Assembly: GCA_045863335.1 (NCBI GenBank)
Contig: BTVY01000001.1
Location: 40,571 to 104,570, forward strand
DNA length: 64,000 bases
Direction: 5' to 3'
Source: Candidatus Hydrogenedentota bacterium
Lineage (GTDB): Bacteria; Hydrogenedentota; Hydrogenedentia; Hydrogenedentales; SLHB01
A program made the position numbers and the translations under genes. Below the pieces are notes generated by a model. The model was given only the letters and a program-made list of their open reading frames with translations. It was not told where the DNA came from and did not search any database. Of the stretch, positions 9,350-19,317 are shown piece after piece; the first letter of the stretch is position 1, and every line of letters begins with the position of its first letter.

Positions 9350-11362
9350 TTACAGAATCCCCAAGATCGACAGGATAATTCTCAACAATGGCCAACGCAC
9401 CGTTGTCGAACCCTCTTTTTCAGGATCCGACGTTTGGGGAGGCTCGGGGTCTAACAGCGTGACGGACCCGTCGCTATCGTCAAATACGCCGGGATCGTCT
9501 TTCGACAGGACGCGAATGGAATACCCGCCTCCGGGTTCTAGTGCGGAATCGATATTCCACCGCGCTTTGCCATCGTTCTTGGTGCCTTTTTTGATGACCT
9601 GCACGAAATTGCCGTTGCGCCAGAGTTCGATTCGAATCTTTCCTGCGATACCCACGGACGTCCACCGGATTCCGCGACGGCCCCCCAGCGGCCAGCTCTT
9701 CGCTCCATCCGGGCGCGTGACGGTGATCTCGGGAACAATCATTGGATTGAGATACGCCGCCATGAGCGGATAGCTCACGTCGAACCGGCCGTAGTAGTCC
9801 AGGTTCGTAGTAGCCGAACAGGAACCCGGCCCGCCCCAGAGCTGACCAATAATCTGTTGCGTGGATTCGATCATGAGCGGACTTCCCGAGGAGCCCGGCT
9901 CGGTCGTGCCCAAAGTCCAACTCGACTGGTAGTACCGTTCCGCCGGCCGGGTGTCCCGAAGAGACTCGGCCACGTCCGTGACGATTCCGAAGGTGATCCG
10001 TTTGAAATCGATGGAGGGATGATGAATGCACGTGGTGGTCGTTCCGAGCGCCGTGGGCGAGGAGTTCCACCCCAGATACGTCAAACCCGCCGGGGGACTG
10101 TTGTTCAGACGCAGCAGCGTGAAATCGGTCCCCGCGCTGGCCGTACTGGTTGCGAGCAGTTGAGCCCCGCCCGTGGTTCTCGGCACGGTAGAGGGACTCG
10201 GCGGCACGCCATTGCAGGTGGACGTCTGATAGAGCCAATAGAACTCGAGCGTCGACGCCAACGAACTGGAGGAAACGCAATGGTTGGCCGTCAACAGGTA
10301 GGGCACCTCGGAAGTCGCGTCGGTGTCGGCGATCAACGCACCGGAGCAGAAGAAGCTGCCGCCGATGCTGACGGTACCGACGCCGCCCACGCCTTTCGCC
10401 GTGTCGGCCCAGGCGGGATAACAGGACACATCCTTATTGCAGGAACCCGCTGCCTTCAGGCCCGCATATTCGGAAAAGGGAATGTAATTGTGCACGACGC
10501 GATCGAGGGAGATGTGTACCGATTCACGATCCACACCGGCGGGCACGTAACACTCGACGACCACCGTATCCGTGAAACAGGTCGCGCTCCAGAAGTCGTC
10601 GGCGCTTGCGCTAGACTCCGGATAGGGGCCGTAAACTTCGGCGGGCTCGTTGGCATCGTATACGACCAACTCCGCGCCGGCGGGAAGGTCGATGTCTGCA
10701 AAATGTACGCGCATGCCGAGGGCTTCAGGAGAGAAGAGCGCAATAGACCAAAGATGCCCGCCGCCGGGGACAGACTGCCAGAAGCCGTGCGACACGGACT
10801 CACCATGCACGTTCACCGGTTCATCGATTTCCTGCACGACGCCAATCCGCATCGCGCCTTTGCCTTGTTCGGCGGCGCGGGCCATGTCTTCGGCAATGGC
10901 TGCGTCGACATCCACGTCCGGCAACACCGCCGCCCCGCTGATCGACAGGGCAAACTTCGGACCCACCGCGGCCGGCGCCGGGGCGATTCGCTTCTCATCG
11001 CGCTGAAGTAACTCCGCAGGCACCTCAGCAGGCGGAAGGTCCCACTGCTTGGGCTGAATTCCCAGCTGACCCAGTTCGGCGTCAGAGAGAACTGACCCGG
11101 CCTCGTCAAGGTACAGGTCGAAGGGTTCGCCACTGACCCGCGGCATCACCCGGTAGCCATGGATGTACCTATCCTCTTCCGACGGGGCGCGTTCCGACCA
11201 GGCCAACAGTATCTCGACATTGGAGGATCCGATTGCCGTTTCGAGATGGGACTCGAGCGCTTGCTGATGCAGCGCTTCGGGAGTGAGGCCCGGTTCTTCA
11301 GCCCGAAGGACTGCGAAACACGGGATCACGCAAAGAACGACCAGAAGGAACTGCCGAATCAT
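9350..11362 (-). CDS. Secreted trypsin-like serine protease (lysyl endopeptidase family) with C-terminal Ig-like domain
   Basis: Signal peptide; CSGAL, LTANHC, DFTLL, TEPGSSGSPL catalytic motifs. Confidence 0.85.
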   Translation of the reverse strand: MIRQFLLVVLCVIPCFAVLRAEEPGLTPEALHQQALESHLETAIGSSNVEILLAWSERAPSEEDRYIHGYRVMPRVSGEPFDLYLDEAGSVLSDAELGQLGIQPKQWDLPPAEVPAELLQRDEKRIAPAPAAVGPKFALSISGAAVLPDVDVDAAIAEDMARAAEQGKGAMRIGVVQEIDEPVNVHGESVSHGFWQSVPGGGHLWSIALFSPEALGMRVHFADIDLPAGAELVVYDANEPAEVYGPYPESSASADDFWSATCFTDTVVVECYVPAGVDRESVHISLDRVVHNYIPFSEYAGLKAAGSCNKDVSCYPAWADTAKGVGGVGTVSIGGSFFCSGALIADTDATSEVPYLLTANHCVSSSSLASTLEFYWLYQTSTCNGVPPSPSTVPRTTGGAQLLATSTASAGTDFTLLRLNNSPPAGLTYLGWNSSPTALGTTTTCIHHPSIDFKRITFGIVTDVAESLRDTRPAERYYQSSWTLGTTEPGSSGSPLMIESTQQIIGQLWGGPGSCSATTNLDYYGRFDVSYPLMAAYLNPMIVPEITVTRPDGAKSWPLGGRRGIRWTSVGIAGKIRIELWRNGNFVQVIKKGTKNDGKARWNIDSALEPGGGYSIRVLSKDDPGVFDDSDGSVTLLDPEPPQTSDPEKEGSTTVRWPLLRIILSILGIL

Positions 11363-11704
11363 GACTCAAGTATATCCATTGAACGCCGGCCTCTCGAACC
11401 ACATTTGAGAATAGCACACACCGCGCCGCAGGGTACCCTTTCCACGCATCTAATAACACCACAACGGCTTAGCACACAACAACCCGCCCCCCGATCTTTC
11501 GGCGAATCGAATCAACTATTCTACAATTCAGGCAAACCCGCGTTTCGAACGGGTGAAATTCCACGCGTTTTCTTGAATCAAAACCGCCGTTCTGCTACGT
11601 TCATACGGTGTGTGCACAGGGGGTATTCGCGCAGCAACACCCTTCCCGGACGTGCAAACCGATCCCACCGCCGCACGCTGCATTGCTGAGAAAGGAGCGA
11701 TCCC

Positions 11705-12538
11705 TTGTCCGAAGGTACCGATATCTACGATCTCAAAGGTAAAGTGGCCGTCATCACGGGAGGCGGAGGCGCGTTAGGCAGCTCCATTGCCTGCGGGTTT
11801 GCCCGGGCAGGCGCGGAGTGTGCCGTAACGAACGTGACGCTGGACAAGGCGGAATACGTCTCGGCCCAGCTCGCGGAAGCCTGCGGACACGCCAAGGGGT
11901 ACGAACTGGACGCCATGAAGGAAGGTGCCGTCGAGGATCTTTCCGAGGAGATCTTCAAGGAGTTCGGCCACGTCGATATCCTCGTGAATTGCGTGGGCGG
12001 TAATCTCAAGGAGGCCACCACGGCCCCCGACAAGACCTTCTTCGACCTGGACCTCGACGCCATTCAGAAGGTCATGGACCTCAATTTCTTCTCGTCGGTG
12101 GTGAAACCCTGCCAGGTCTTCGGCAAACGCATGCTGGACAACGAGCACGGCGGTTCGATCATCAATATTTCGTCCATGGCGGCCATTCGGCCACTGACTC
12201 GTATCGTCGGGTACAGCGCGGCCAAGGGCGCGGTGAACAATTTCACCCAATGGCTGGCGGTGCATCTCGCGAAGGATTGCGGCAAGAAGATCCGCGTGAA
12301 TGCCATCGCGCCGGGGTTCTTCCTGACCGCGCAGAATCAGTTCCTGCTAACCAACGACCGCACCGGCGAGTTGACGGAACGCGGACAGGCCATCATCGAC
12401 CACACACCCATGGGCGATTTCGGCGTCGGTGAAGACCTCATCGGCGCGGCGCTTTGGCTCGCGTCGGACTCGTCCCGCTTCGTCACGGGCACGGTGATTC
12501 CCGTGGACGGGGGCTTCTCCGCGTTCGCCGGGGTGTAG
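11705..12538 (+). CDS. uxuB: SDR-family D-mannonate oxidoreductase (fructuronate reductase)
   Basis: TGGGGALG, GGN, RPLTRIVGYSAAK, NFTQWLAVH, PGFFLT.QN, as in the SDR-type UxuB; AAGGAG RBS before a TTG start. Confidence 0.75.
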   Translation: MSEGTDIYDLKGKVAVITGGGGALGSSIACGFARAGAECAVTNVTLDKAEYVSAQLAEACGHAKGYELDAMKEGAVEDLSEEIFKEFGHVDILVNCVGGNLKEATTAPDKTFFDLDLDAIQKVMDLNFFSSVVKPCQVFGKRMLDNEHGGSIINISSMAAIRPLTRIVGYSAAKGAVNNFTQWLAVHLAKDCGKKIRVNAIAPGFFLTAQNQFLLTNDRTGELTERGQAIIDHTPMGDFGVGEDLIGAALWLASDSSRFVTGTVIPVDGGFSAFAGV

Positions 12539-12618
12539 CAACGGGAGTGACCCCTTCCCGCGTATTTTGAAAAGCAGTACGGGTCTTATTGAGATACGAA
12601 CAGAACAGAAATACTCAG

Positions 12619-12784
12619 AAGAACATCCCCCTTGATCCCCCTTCAAAGGGGGAATTCCGCACAACGCTTCGCGTTGTGAATGGTAGGGGCCAAGCCGCTG
12701 GCTCGGCGCAGATTGCGTCGAATATCGCGGAGGCTATGGCTATACAGATTCCCCCTTTGAAGGGGGATCAAGGGGGATGTTCTT
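12619..12784 (+). repeat. Dispersed 37-bp-TIR element, copy 1 (166 bp)
   Basis: AAGAACATCCCCCTTGATCCCCCTTCAAAGGGGGAAT at 12619-12655, perfect inverse at 12748-12784; internal hairpin CACAACGC-TTC-GCGTTGTG at 12660-12678. Confidence 0.95.
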
Positions 12785-12866
12785 GTGACAGATACGCGTT
12801 TCACAAAGCGCATTCTCGATATACAGATGTGTACGAAGAAGACGATCAGCGGAAAGGCATTCGATC

Positions 12867-13757
12867 ATGAGCGATCCGGTTGCAGCACTGAAGAACCACA
12901 AACCGAACCACGAATTCCTCATCGCCATCGACTCCGATGGCTGCGCCTTCGATACGATGGAGGTGAAACACAAGGAATGTTTCATTCCGAACATCGTGAA
13001 GTTCTGGGATCTGCAGCCCATCTCCAAGTTCGCCCGCGCGGCGGCGGAGTTCGTCAATCTCTATTCCAAGTGGCGCGGCGTGAATCGCTTTCCGGCGCTG
13101 CTGCTCACCTTCGATCTGCTCGCGGACTGGGACAAGGTCCAGGAGCGCGGATGGAAGGCGCCGGACATTCCCAACTTCAAGAAATGGATCCAAACCGAGA
13201 CGAAGCTCGGCAACCCCGCGCTGGAAGCCTACTGCAAGGAGCACAATCAACCAGATCTCAAGCGCGGGCTCGAGTGGAGCAAGGCCGTTAACGTTTCGGT
13301 AGCCGATATCGTCAAGGATGGACTGCCACCGTTCCCGCACGTGCGTGAATCGCTGGAGAAAGCGCACGACCGCGCGGATATGCTGGTCTGCTCCCAAACG
13401 CCCACCGAGGCCCTCACCCGCGAATGGGCGGAGCAGGGAATCGCCCAGTTCGTCTTTGCCATCGCGGGACAGGAAATGGGCAAGAAGTCCGAGCATATTG
13501 CCTTCGCTGCCGACGGCCGCTATGAAAAAGAAAAAATGCTCATGATTGGTGACGCGCCCGGCGACTACAAGGCCGCGCGCGACAACGGCGCGCTCTTCTT
13601 CCCCATCAACCCGGGCGAAGAAGAGGTCTCGTGGCAGCGGCTCCACGACGAAGCCCTCGACAAGTTCTTCAACGGCACCTACGCCGGCTCCTACGAAGAA
13701 GCGCTCATCAAGGAGTTCGATTCCTATCTGCCCGACACGCCGCCCTGGAAGTCGTAG
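12867..13757 (+). CDS. HAD-family hydrolase
   Basis: DSDGCAFD motif I, MIGDAPGD motif IV. Confidence 0.85.
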   Translation: MSDPVAALKNHKPNHEFLIAIDSDGCAFDTMEVKHKECFIPNIVKFWDLQPISKFARAAAEFVNLYSKWRGVNRFPALLLTFDLLADWDKVQERGWKAPDIPNFKKWIQTETKLGNPALEAYCKEHNQPDLKRGLEWSKAVNVSVADIVKDGLPPFPHVRESLEKAHDRADMLVCSQTPTEALTREWAEQGIAQFVFAIAGQEMGKKSEHIAFAADGRYEKEKMLMIGDAPGDYKAARDNGALFFPINPGEEEVSWQRLHDEALDKFFNGTYAGSYEEALIKEFDSYLPDTPPWKS

Positions 13758-13793
13758 GTGAGTGTTTCCATGATTGAGCGCTTGACAAACTCG

Positions 13794-13960
13794 AAGAACA
13801 TCCCCCTTTATCCCCCTTCAAAGGGGGAATCTTGCGTATCCATAGCTGTCGATGTATGCGGCGCGACCTGCGCCGCCCCCCGGACTTACCCCCTCTCCGT
13901 CACAACGCGAAGCGTTGTGCGACATTCCCCCTTTGAAGGGGGATCAAGGGGGATGTTCTT
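13794..13960 (-). repeat. 37-bp-TIR element, copy 2 (167 bp, reverse orientation)
   Basis: Arms 13794-13830 (1 mismatch) and 13924-13960; hairpin CACAACGC-GAA-GCGTTGTG at 13901-13919. Confidence 0.95.
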
Positions 13961-14014
13961 TTGCATCGCAAGAGACACCCGTTCTCCGTTGATTCGCAGC
14001 AGGCCGCGACACGT

Positions 14015-15157
14015 ATGAAAATCATCGCTGACGAAAATATTCCGTATGCGCGGGAGGCTTTTGGGCTGCTTGGGGACGTGACGACTGCGCCGGGGCGGAG
14101 TATGACGTCCGACCTCTTGCGCGACGCCGATCTCCTCTTCGTGCGCTCCATCACCAAGGTCAACGCCGCGCTGCTGGACGGCACCCGCGTGCAGTTCGTG
14201 GGAACCGCGACGATTGGCGAAGACCACGTAGACAAAGCGTACCTCACCGAGCGCGGGATCGGCTTCTCGAGCGCGCCGGGCTGCAACGCGAACAGCGTCG
14301 GCGAATACATCGCCGCGGCGTTGCTGGTCCTGGCGGAAACTCGTGGATTCAAGCTCACGGATCGCAAGCTCGGAATCATCGGGCACGGCAACGTGGGCAA
14401 ACGGGTCGAGCAGAAGGCGCGCGCCCTGGGGATGGAATGCGTGCTCAACGATCCCCCCTTGGCGCGACAGACGGGTGACGCGAAGTACCGGCCCCTCGAC
14501 GAGATCTTCGAGTGTCAGATCATTACGGCGCACGTGCCGTTGACGAAGGCCGGCGAAGATGCCACCTACCATCTGCTCAATGAAGCTTTCTTCAACCGGG
14601 TCAAGACCGGCACGATCATTATCAATACGTCCCGTGGCTCCGTCGCCGATGGTCAAGCACTGCGCGCGGCATTGGAGTCCGGCAAGGTCGGGGCCTGCGT
14701 CCTCGACGTGTGGGAAGGCGAGCCGAATATCGATCTTAACCTGCTGGCCAATCTGGCGTTGGCGACGCCGCACATCGCGGGTTACTCTTTTGACGGCAAG
14801 GTGAACGGGACGCGGCAGGTGTATGAAGCCGCATGCCGCCATCTCGGCATGACGCCTTCGTGGGACCCAGCCCCCCATCTGCCGGAGCCGGATTGTCCCG
14901 AGATCGAGGTCGACGGCGCACTCCCCCCGCAGCGGGCATTGCTGAACGCGGTTTCCGCCGTGTATGCCATTCGGGAGGACGATCGGGCGATGCGTGCTAT
15001 CATTCACAAATCGACCGAGCAGCGCGCCGCCTATTTCGACCAACTGCGCAAGGAATACCCGCAACGGCGGGAATTTCACAATACACGCGCAGCGGTCCAA
15101 CCCGAGAACGCAGCAATCGCGCAGACGCTTTCGGGTCTGGGATTCCAGATGGCTTGA
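14015..15157 (+). CDS. pdxB: 4-phosphoerythronate dehydrogenase
   Basis: MKIIADENIP, VRSITKV, TATIGEDH, APGCNA.SV.EY, DVWEGEP, TPHIAGYS.DGK. Confidence 0.9.
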   Translation: MKIIADENIPYAREAFGLLGDVTTAPGRSMTSDLLRDADLLFVRSITKVNAALLDGTRVQFVGTATIGEDHVDKAYLTERGIGFSSAPGCNANSVGEYIAAALLVLAETRGFKLTDRKLGIIGHGNVGKRVEQKARALGMECVLNDPPLARQTGDAKYRPLDEIFECQIITAHVPLTKAGEDATYHLLNEAFFNRVKTGTIIINTSRGSVADGQALRAALESGKVGACVLDVWEGEPNIDLNLLANLALATPHIAGYSFDGKVNGTRQVYEAACRHLGMTPSWDPAPHLPEPDCPEIEVDGALPPQRALLNAVSAVYAIREDDRAMRAIIHKSTEQRAAYFDQLRKEYPQRREFHNTRAAVQPENAAIAQTLSGLGFQMA

Positions 15158-15186
15158 CCGCCTGTTGAATTCCGCGGAGGTCTACG

Positions 15187-15555
15187 ATGCCCCGAGTGAT
15201 CCATTTTGAGATGCATGTCAAGCGGCCCGACCGGGCGGCCCGGTTCTACGCGGAAGCGTTTGGCTGGCTGACGCACCCCTGCGGCGGGCCGGATGACTAT
15301 TGGGTCCTCAGCACGGGCCCCGACTCGGAAGCGGGGATCGACGGCGGTGTGATGCGCGCCCGTGATAACGCGCCGCGGATCGTCAATACGATAGCGGTCG
15401 AATCGATCGACGATTCCATTGAACGGATCGTTGCGAACGGCGGCGAGATCGTGGTCCCCAAGACGGCCGTGCCCGGCGTAGGGTACAATGCCTACTTCAA
15501 GGATACGGAAGGCAACTGCTTCGGCCTGCACCAGTCAGACGCCGAAGCGGAATGA
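15187..15555 (+). CDS. VOC/glyoxalase family protein
   Basis: VIHFE, FY...FGW, GIDGG, DTEGN.FGL. Confidence 0.9.
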   Translation: MPRVIHFEMHVKRPDRAARFYAEAFGWLTHPCGGPDDYWVLSTGPDSEAGIDGGVMRARDNAPRIVNTIAVESIDDSIERIVANGGEIVVPKTAVPGVGYNAYFKDTEGNCFGLHQSDAEAE

Positions 15556-15574
15556 TGGACACGGTAAATTGACG

Positions 15575-16861
15575 ATGCTTAAACATGTGAATGACGCCGG
15601 GTATTTGACAGAGTCCGACCTGCGGGGATTTGTCGCCCGCGCATTTGAGAAGGAACACGTCGAGGGTAAGCGCGTCCTGTTTGTCATCCCGGACGCGACG
15701 CGCAGCATGCCCATGCCCGCCATGTTCCGCGCCTTGCACGAGACCCTGTATCGACGGGTAGCCCGCATGGACTTCCTGATCGCGCTGGGTACGCATCCGC
15801 CCATGCCGGAAGCGGCGATCCACAAACTCGTGGGAATCACGCGCGAAGAGCGCGAAGGCAAGTTCCGTAATGTGGGCCTCTTCAACCACGAGTGGAAAAA
15901 CAACCACGCCCTGATCAAGATCGGCACGCTGACGGAAGATATGCTCGCCGAAATCTCGGACGGCCTCCTGCGCGAGGAGGTCGACGTCACCATCAATAAG
16001 CGCATCTACGACTACGACCTCATTTGCATTCTCGGTCCTGTGTTCCCTCACGAAGTGGTGGGGTTCAGCGGGGGCAACAAGTATTTCTTCCCCGGCATCG
16101 CGGGCGCCGAAATCCTCAACGTGTTCCACTGGCTCGGCGCGCTCATCACAAACCCCATGATCAACGGCACGAAGTACACGCCCGTGCGAAAGGTCGTGGA
16201 CACGGCCGCGTCCATGATTCACATCGAAAAGCGCTGCTTCTGCCTGAACGTTATGGGCAAGGACTGCAAAGGCATCTTCTATGGAACGCCGGAGGAGGCC
16301 TGGGACGCCGCTGCCGACCTGTCCGCGCAGACGCACATCCGCTACATGGACAGGCCGTTCAAGAGCGTGCTCGCCATGGCGCCGGAGATGTACGACGAGA
16401 TCTGGGTCGCGGGCAAGTGCATGTATAAGCTCGAACCGGTTGTTGCGGACGGCGGCGAACTGATCATCTACGGAGCGCACATCAAGGAAGTCAGCGTTAC
16501 CCACGGCGAACTGATCAAGAAGATCGGCTACCACACGCGCGACTATTTCCTCGCGCAGATGGACAAGTTCCAAGATATCCCCGGCGGCATCCTCGCCCAC
16601 TCGACGCACGTGCGCGGCATCGGCGCCTACGAAGATGGCGTGGAGAAGTGCCGCGTTCAGGTGACGCTCGCCACGTCCATTCCGGAAGACGAGTGTAAGG
16701 CCATCAACCTGGGCTACCGCAATCCCGCGTCCATCAACCCGGAAGAGTGGCGGAACCGTGAAGATGAAGGCCTGCTCCTGGTCGAACGCGCGGGCGAAGT
16801 GTTGTATCGATTGAAACAGGGAAATCCGGAACCCCAGCGGCCCGCGACAATAAATCTATAA
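15575..16861 (+). CDS. LarA-superfamily nickel-pincer racemase/epimerase (candidate D-mannonate/D-gluconate 2-epimerase)
   Basis: PDATR, IALGTH, NHEW, PHEVVGFSGGNK (conserved His and Lys); clustered with uxuB and gnd. Confidence 0.8.
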   Translation: MLKHVNDAGYLTESDLRGFVARAFEKEHVEGKRVLFVIPDATRSMPMPAMFRALHETLYRRVARMDFLIALGTHPPMPEAAIHKLVGITREEREGKFRNVGLFNHEWKNNHALIKIGTLTEDMLAEISDGLLREEVDVTINKRIYDYDLICILGPVFPHEVVGFSGGNKYFFPGIAGAEILNVFHWLGALITNPMINGTKYTPVRKVVDTAASMIHIEKRCFCLNVMGKDCKGIFYGTPEEAWDAAADLSAQTHIRYMDRPFKSVLAMAPEMYDEIWVAGKCMYKLEPVVADGGELIIYGAHIKEVSVTHGELIKKIGYHTRDYFLAQMDKFQDIPGGILAHSTHVRGIGAYEDGVEKCRVQVTLATSIPEDECKAINLGYRNPASINPEEWRNREDEGLLLVERAGEVLYRLKQGNPEPQRPATINL

Positions 16862-16925
16862 CCGTTCGCGGTCGGGAACACCCGGCACCAAATAGACCGA
16901 CTATGTAGAGAGGAGATCCAGGGGG

Positions 16926-18212
16926 ATGCCAAAGAACGTTATCGTTGCACAATCGGGTGGCCCGAGCCCCGTCATCAATAGCTCGTTGCGCGGCGTCATC
17001 GACGCCTGCAAACTGTTTCCGGAGACCTTCGGCACCATCTACGCCGGATGGCACGGAATCGAAGGCGTGCTGAAGGAAGAGCTCCTGAACCTCTCCGCCC
17101 AGGACGAAGAAGAGGTTGCGCTGCTGCGCTACACGCCCGCCGCCGGTTCCATCGGCACCTGCCGCTACAAGCTCAAGAAGAATCAGCAGGCCGATTTCGA
17201 GCGCGTCATTGATGTCATGAAGGCCCACGACATCGGCTACTTCTTCTACAACGGCGGCAACGACTCCATGGACACGGCCCACAAGGTCAGCGTGCTCGCG
17301 CACGAGCGCGGGCTCGATCTGGTGGCAGTTGGCGTGCCCAAGACCATCGACAACGACGTGGGCGATTCGGAATTCAAGCTCATCGACCACACGCCCGGCT
17401 ACGGCAGCGTTGCGCGGTACTGGATGGGCATCGTCCAGAACGCGAACGAGGAGAACGCCGGTTCCTGCCCTGCCGATCCGGTGCTCGTGTTGCAGGCCAT
17501 GGGCCGCAAGATCGGCTACATCCCCGCAGCGGCGCGCCTCGCGGATCCCAAGCGCGAGATGCCGCTTCAGATCTACTTGACGGAGTCCGCCGTCACCGCC
17601 GAGGAGATGTGCGACAACGTCAACGACCAACTCAAGAAGGACGGCCGTTGCATCATCGTCGTCAGCGAAGGGTTCGAAGTCGGCGACATCGGCGCCACGA
17701 AAGACAGCTTCGGACACACGCAATTCAGCGCTTCGAAGACGACCGTCGCCCAGCAGGTCGTCACGATGCTGAACGAGCGCGGCCTTCCGGTTCCCGGAGC
17801 GGCGCGCGGCCAGGTCTCGGGCACGGACCAGCGCGACACGTGCCTGTATGCCTCCATTCCGGATCTCGACGAAGCCTACAAAGTGGGCCAGAAAGCGGCC
17901 CTAATCGCGGAATCCGGCGAGAACGGCTGGATGGCAACCATCCTTCGCGAACCCGGCCCCATCTACAATGTGCGCTACGACAAGGTGCCCTTGGAGAAAG
18001 TCGCCAACTCGGAACGCACCTTCCCCAAGGAATGGCTTGCCCCGAGCAAGATCGACGTAACGGACGAATTCGTGCGCTACGCCAAACCGCTCATCGGCGA
18101 AGACTGGGCCAGCGTGCCGGTCGTCAACGGCCGCCAGCGCTTCACGCGGTTCAAACCCATCTTCGCGGAGAAGAAGCTGCCCGAGTACACGTTGGAAGCC
18201 TTGCGCAAGTAG
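16926..18212 (+). CDS. pfp: PfkA-family phosphofructokinase, PPi-dependent type
   Basis: QSGGPSPVIN, GGNDS (Asp) and PKTIDND (Lys) signatures of PPi use, MGR. Confidence 0.8.
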   Translation: MPKNVIVAQSGGPSPVINSSLRGVIDACKLFPETFGTIYAGWHGIEGVLKEELLNLSAQDEEEVALLRYTPAAGSIGTCRYKLKKNQQADFERVIDVMKAHDIGYFFYNGGNDSMDTAHKVSVLAHERGLDLVAVGVPKTIDNDVGDSEFKLIDHTPGYGSVARYWMGIVQNANEENAGSCPADPVLVLQAMGRKIGYIPAAARLADPKREMPLQIYLTESAVTAEEMCDNVNDQLKKDGRCIIVVSEGFEVGDIGATKDSFGHTQFSASKTTVAQQVVTMLNERGLPVPGAARGQVSGTDQRDTCLYASIPDLDEAYKVGQKAALIAESGENGWMATILREPGPIYNVRYDKVPLEKVANSERTFPKEWLAPSKIDVTDEFVRYAKPLIGEDWASVPVVNGRQRFTRFKPIFAEKKLPEYTLEALRK

Positions 18213-18236
18213 CAAAGGAGTTGTCCCGGCCGGCCG

Positions 18237-19151
18237 ATGATTTTTTACTACAACACGGACTACGACAAACCTTCGGGCGGCATGTGGGCCTGTTACCGCC
18301 ACGTCGATGTCTTGAACGAGCACGGCATCGACGCGGCGGTTTTGCATGTGGAGCCCGGGTTCCGCGTGAGTTGGTTCGAGAATGCGACGCGCGTCGAGAA
18401 CATGAAGGAAGTCGTCGCACATCCCGATGACATCGTCGTGATTTCCTCGATCATTGAACATCAGTGGCCGGATGTCTTCCCGGGACTGCGCAAGGTTATC
18501 TTCAACCAGGGCGCCTACCTGACCTTTCACGCCTACCCACTGGGCTACGCGGGCAAGTATCACTACGAAGATGCGTTGGGAACCATCGTCGTTTCCGAGG
18601 ACAGCGAGCGCTATCTCCGGTGCGCCTTTCCGGATATCCCCATCTTCCGGACCGTATACGGCATCGATCCGAGCCTCTTCCATTACGACCCCGCGATCAA
18701 GAAAGACCAGATCGCCTTTGTCCCCGCGCGGAATCCGGACGAGGCGAAGCAGGTTCTATGCATCTTGACGAACCGGGGCATGCGCCTTCCCCTCGTGCCC
18801 ATCCACGACAAACCGCGGGAAGAGGCGGCCCGCATCCTGCGCGAGTCGCGGTACTTCCTTTCCTTCGGCTTCCCCGAAGGGTTCGGCCTGCCTCCCTGCG
18901 AAGCCATGGCCTGCGGCTGCATCGTTATCGGCTATCACGCCATGGGCGGCAGGGAGTTCTTGAAAGCGCCGTACGCCTTCCCGGTCGGCCAGGGTGACGT
19001 GATTGAGTTTGTCCACACTGTCGAACGGGCGCTCGCGGAGGACCATACTGCCACCGCACTGGCCGCATCTGCCTTCATCGCGGCGCAGTATTCCCCCGCG
19101 CGGGAGCGGGAAAGCATTCTGGGTTGTTGGCATCAGCTGCTGGGCGCGTAG
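18237..19151 (+). CDS. Glycosyltransferase, GT-B fold (GT4-like)
   Basis: PSGG N-terminal motif; EGFGLPPCEAMACG. Confidence 0.85.
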   Translation: MIFYYNTDYDKPSGGMWACYRHVDVLNEHGIDAAVLHVEPGFRVSWFENATRVENMKEVVAHPDDIVVISSIIEHQWPDVFPGLRKVIFNQGAYLTFHAYPLGYAGKYHYEDALGTIVVSEDSERYLRCAFPDIPIFRTVYGIDPSLFHYDPAIKKDQIAFVPARNPDEAKQVLCILTNRGMRLPLVPIHDKPREEAARILRESRYFLSFGFPEGFGLPPCEAMACGCIVIGYHAMGGREFLKAPYAFPVGQGDVIEFVHTVERALAEDHTATALAASAFIAAQYSPARERESILGCWHQLLGA

Positions 19152-19317
19152 CCCGGTGGTCCAAAACTTCGTTCGCCACCCCGTTTTGTAGTACAATTCT
19201 AGCCACTGTGCGCCCTATCCATTCCCGGGCGAGGGCACCCAACAACCCAATTGCCATGGATTGGCGCGCAGGTTTGGGGGAAACCAGCAACGTGGTTATT
19301 TGAGGAGAACGCTACCC

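Noticed and set aside
12347-14018. Short ORFs containing KNIPLDPPSKGE or IPPLKGDQGGC (also at 39448, 61337-61899, 63124, 63761)
   Set aside because: They are translations of the repeat arms in various frames, with no RBS or consistent gene structure.
18237-19151. Glycosyltransferase between pfp and gnd as a recent insertion
   Set aside because: Composition is host-like and no flanking repeats or mobility signs are visible.
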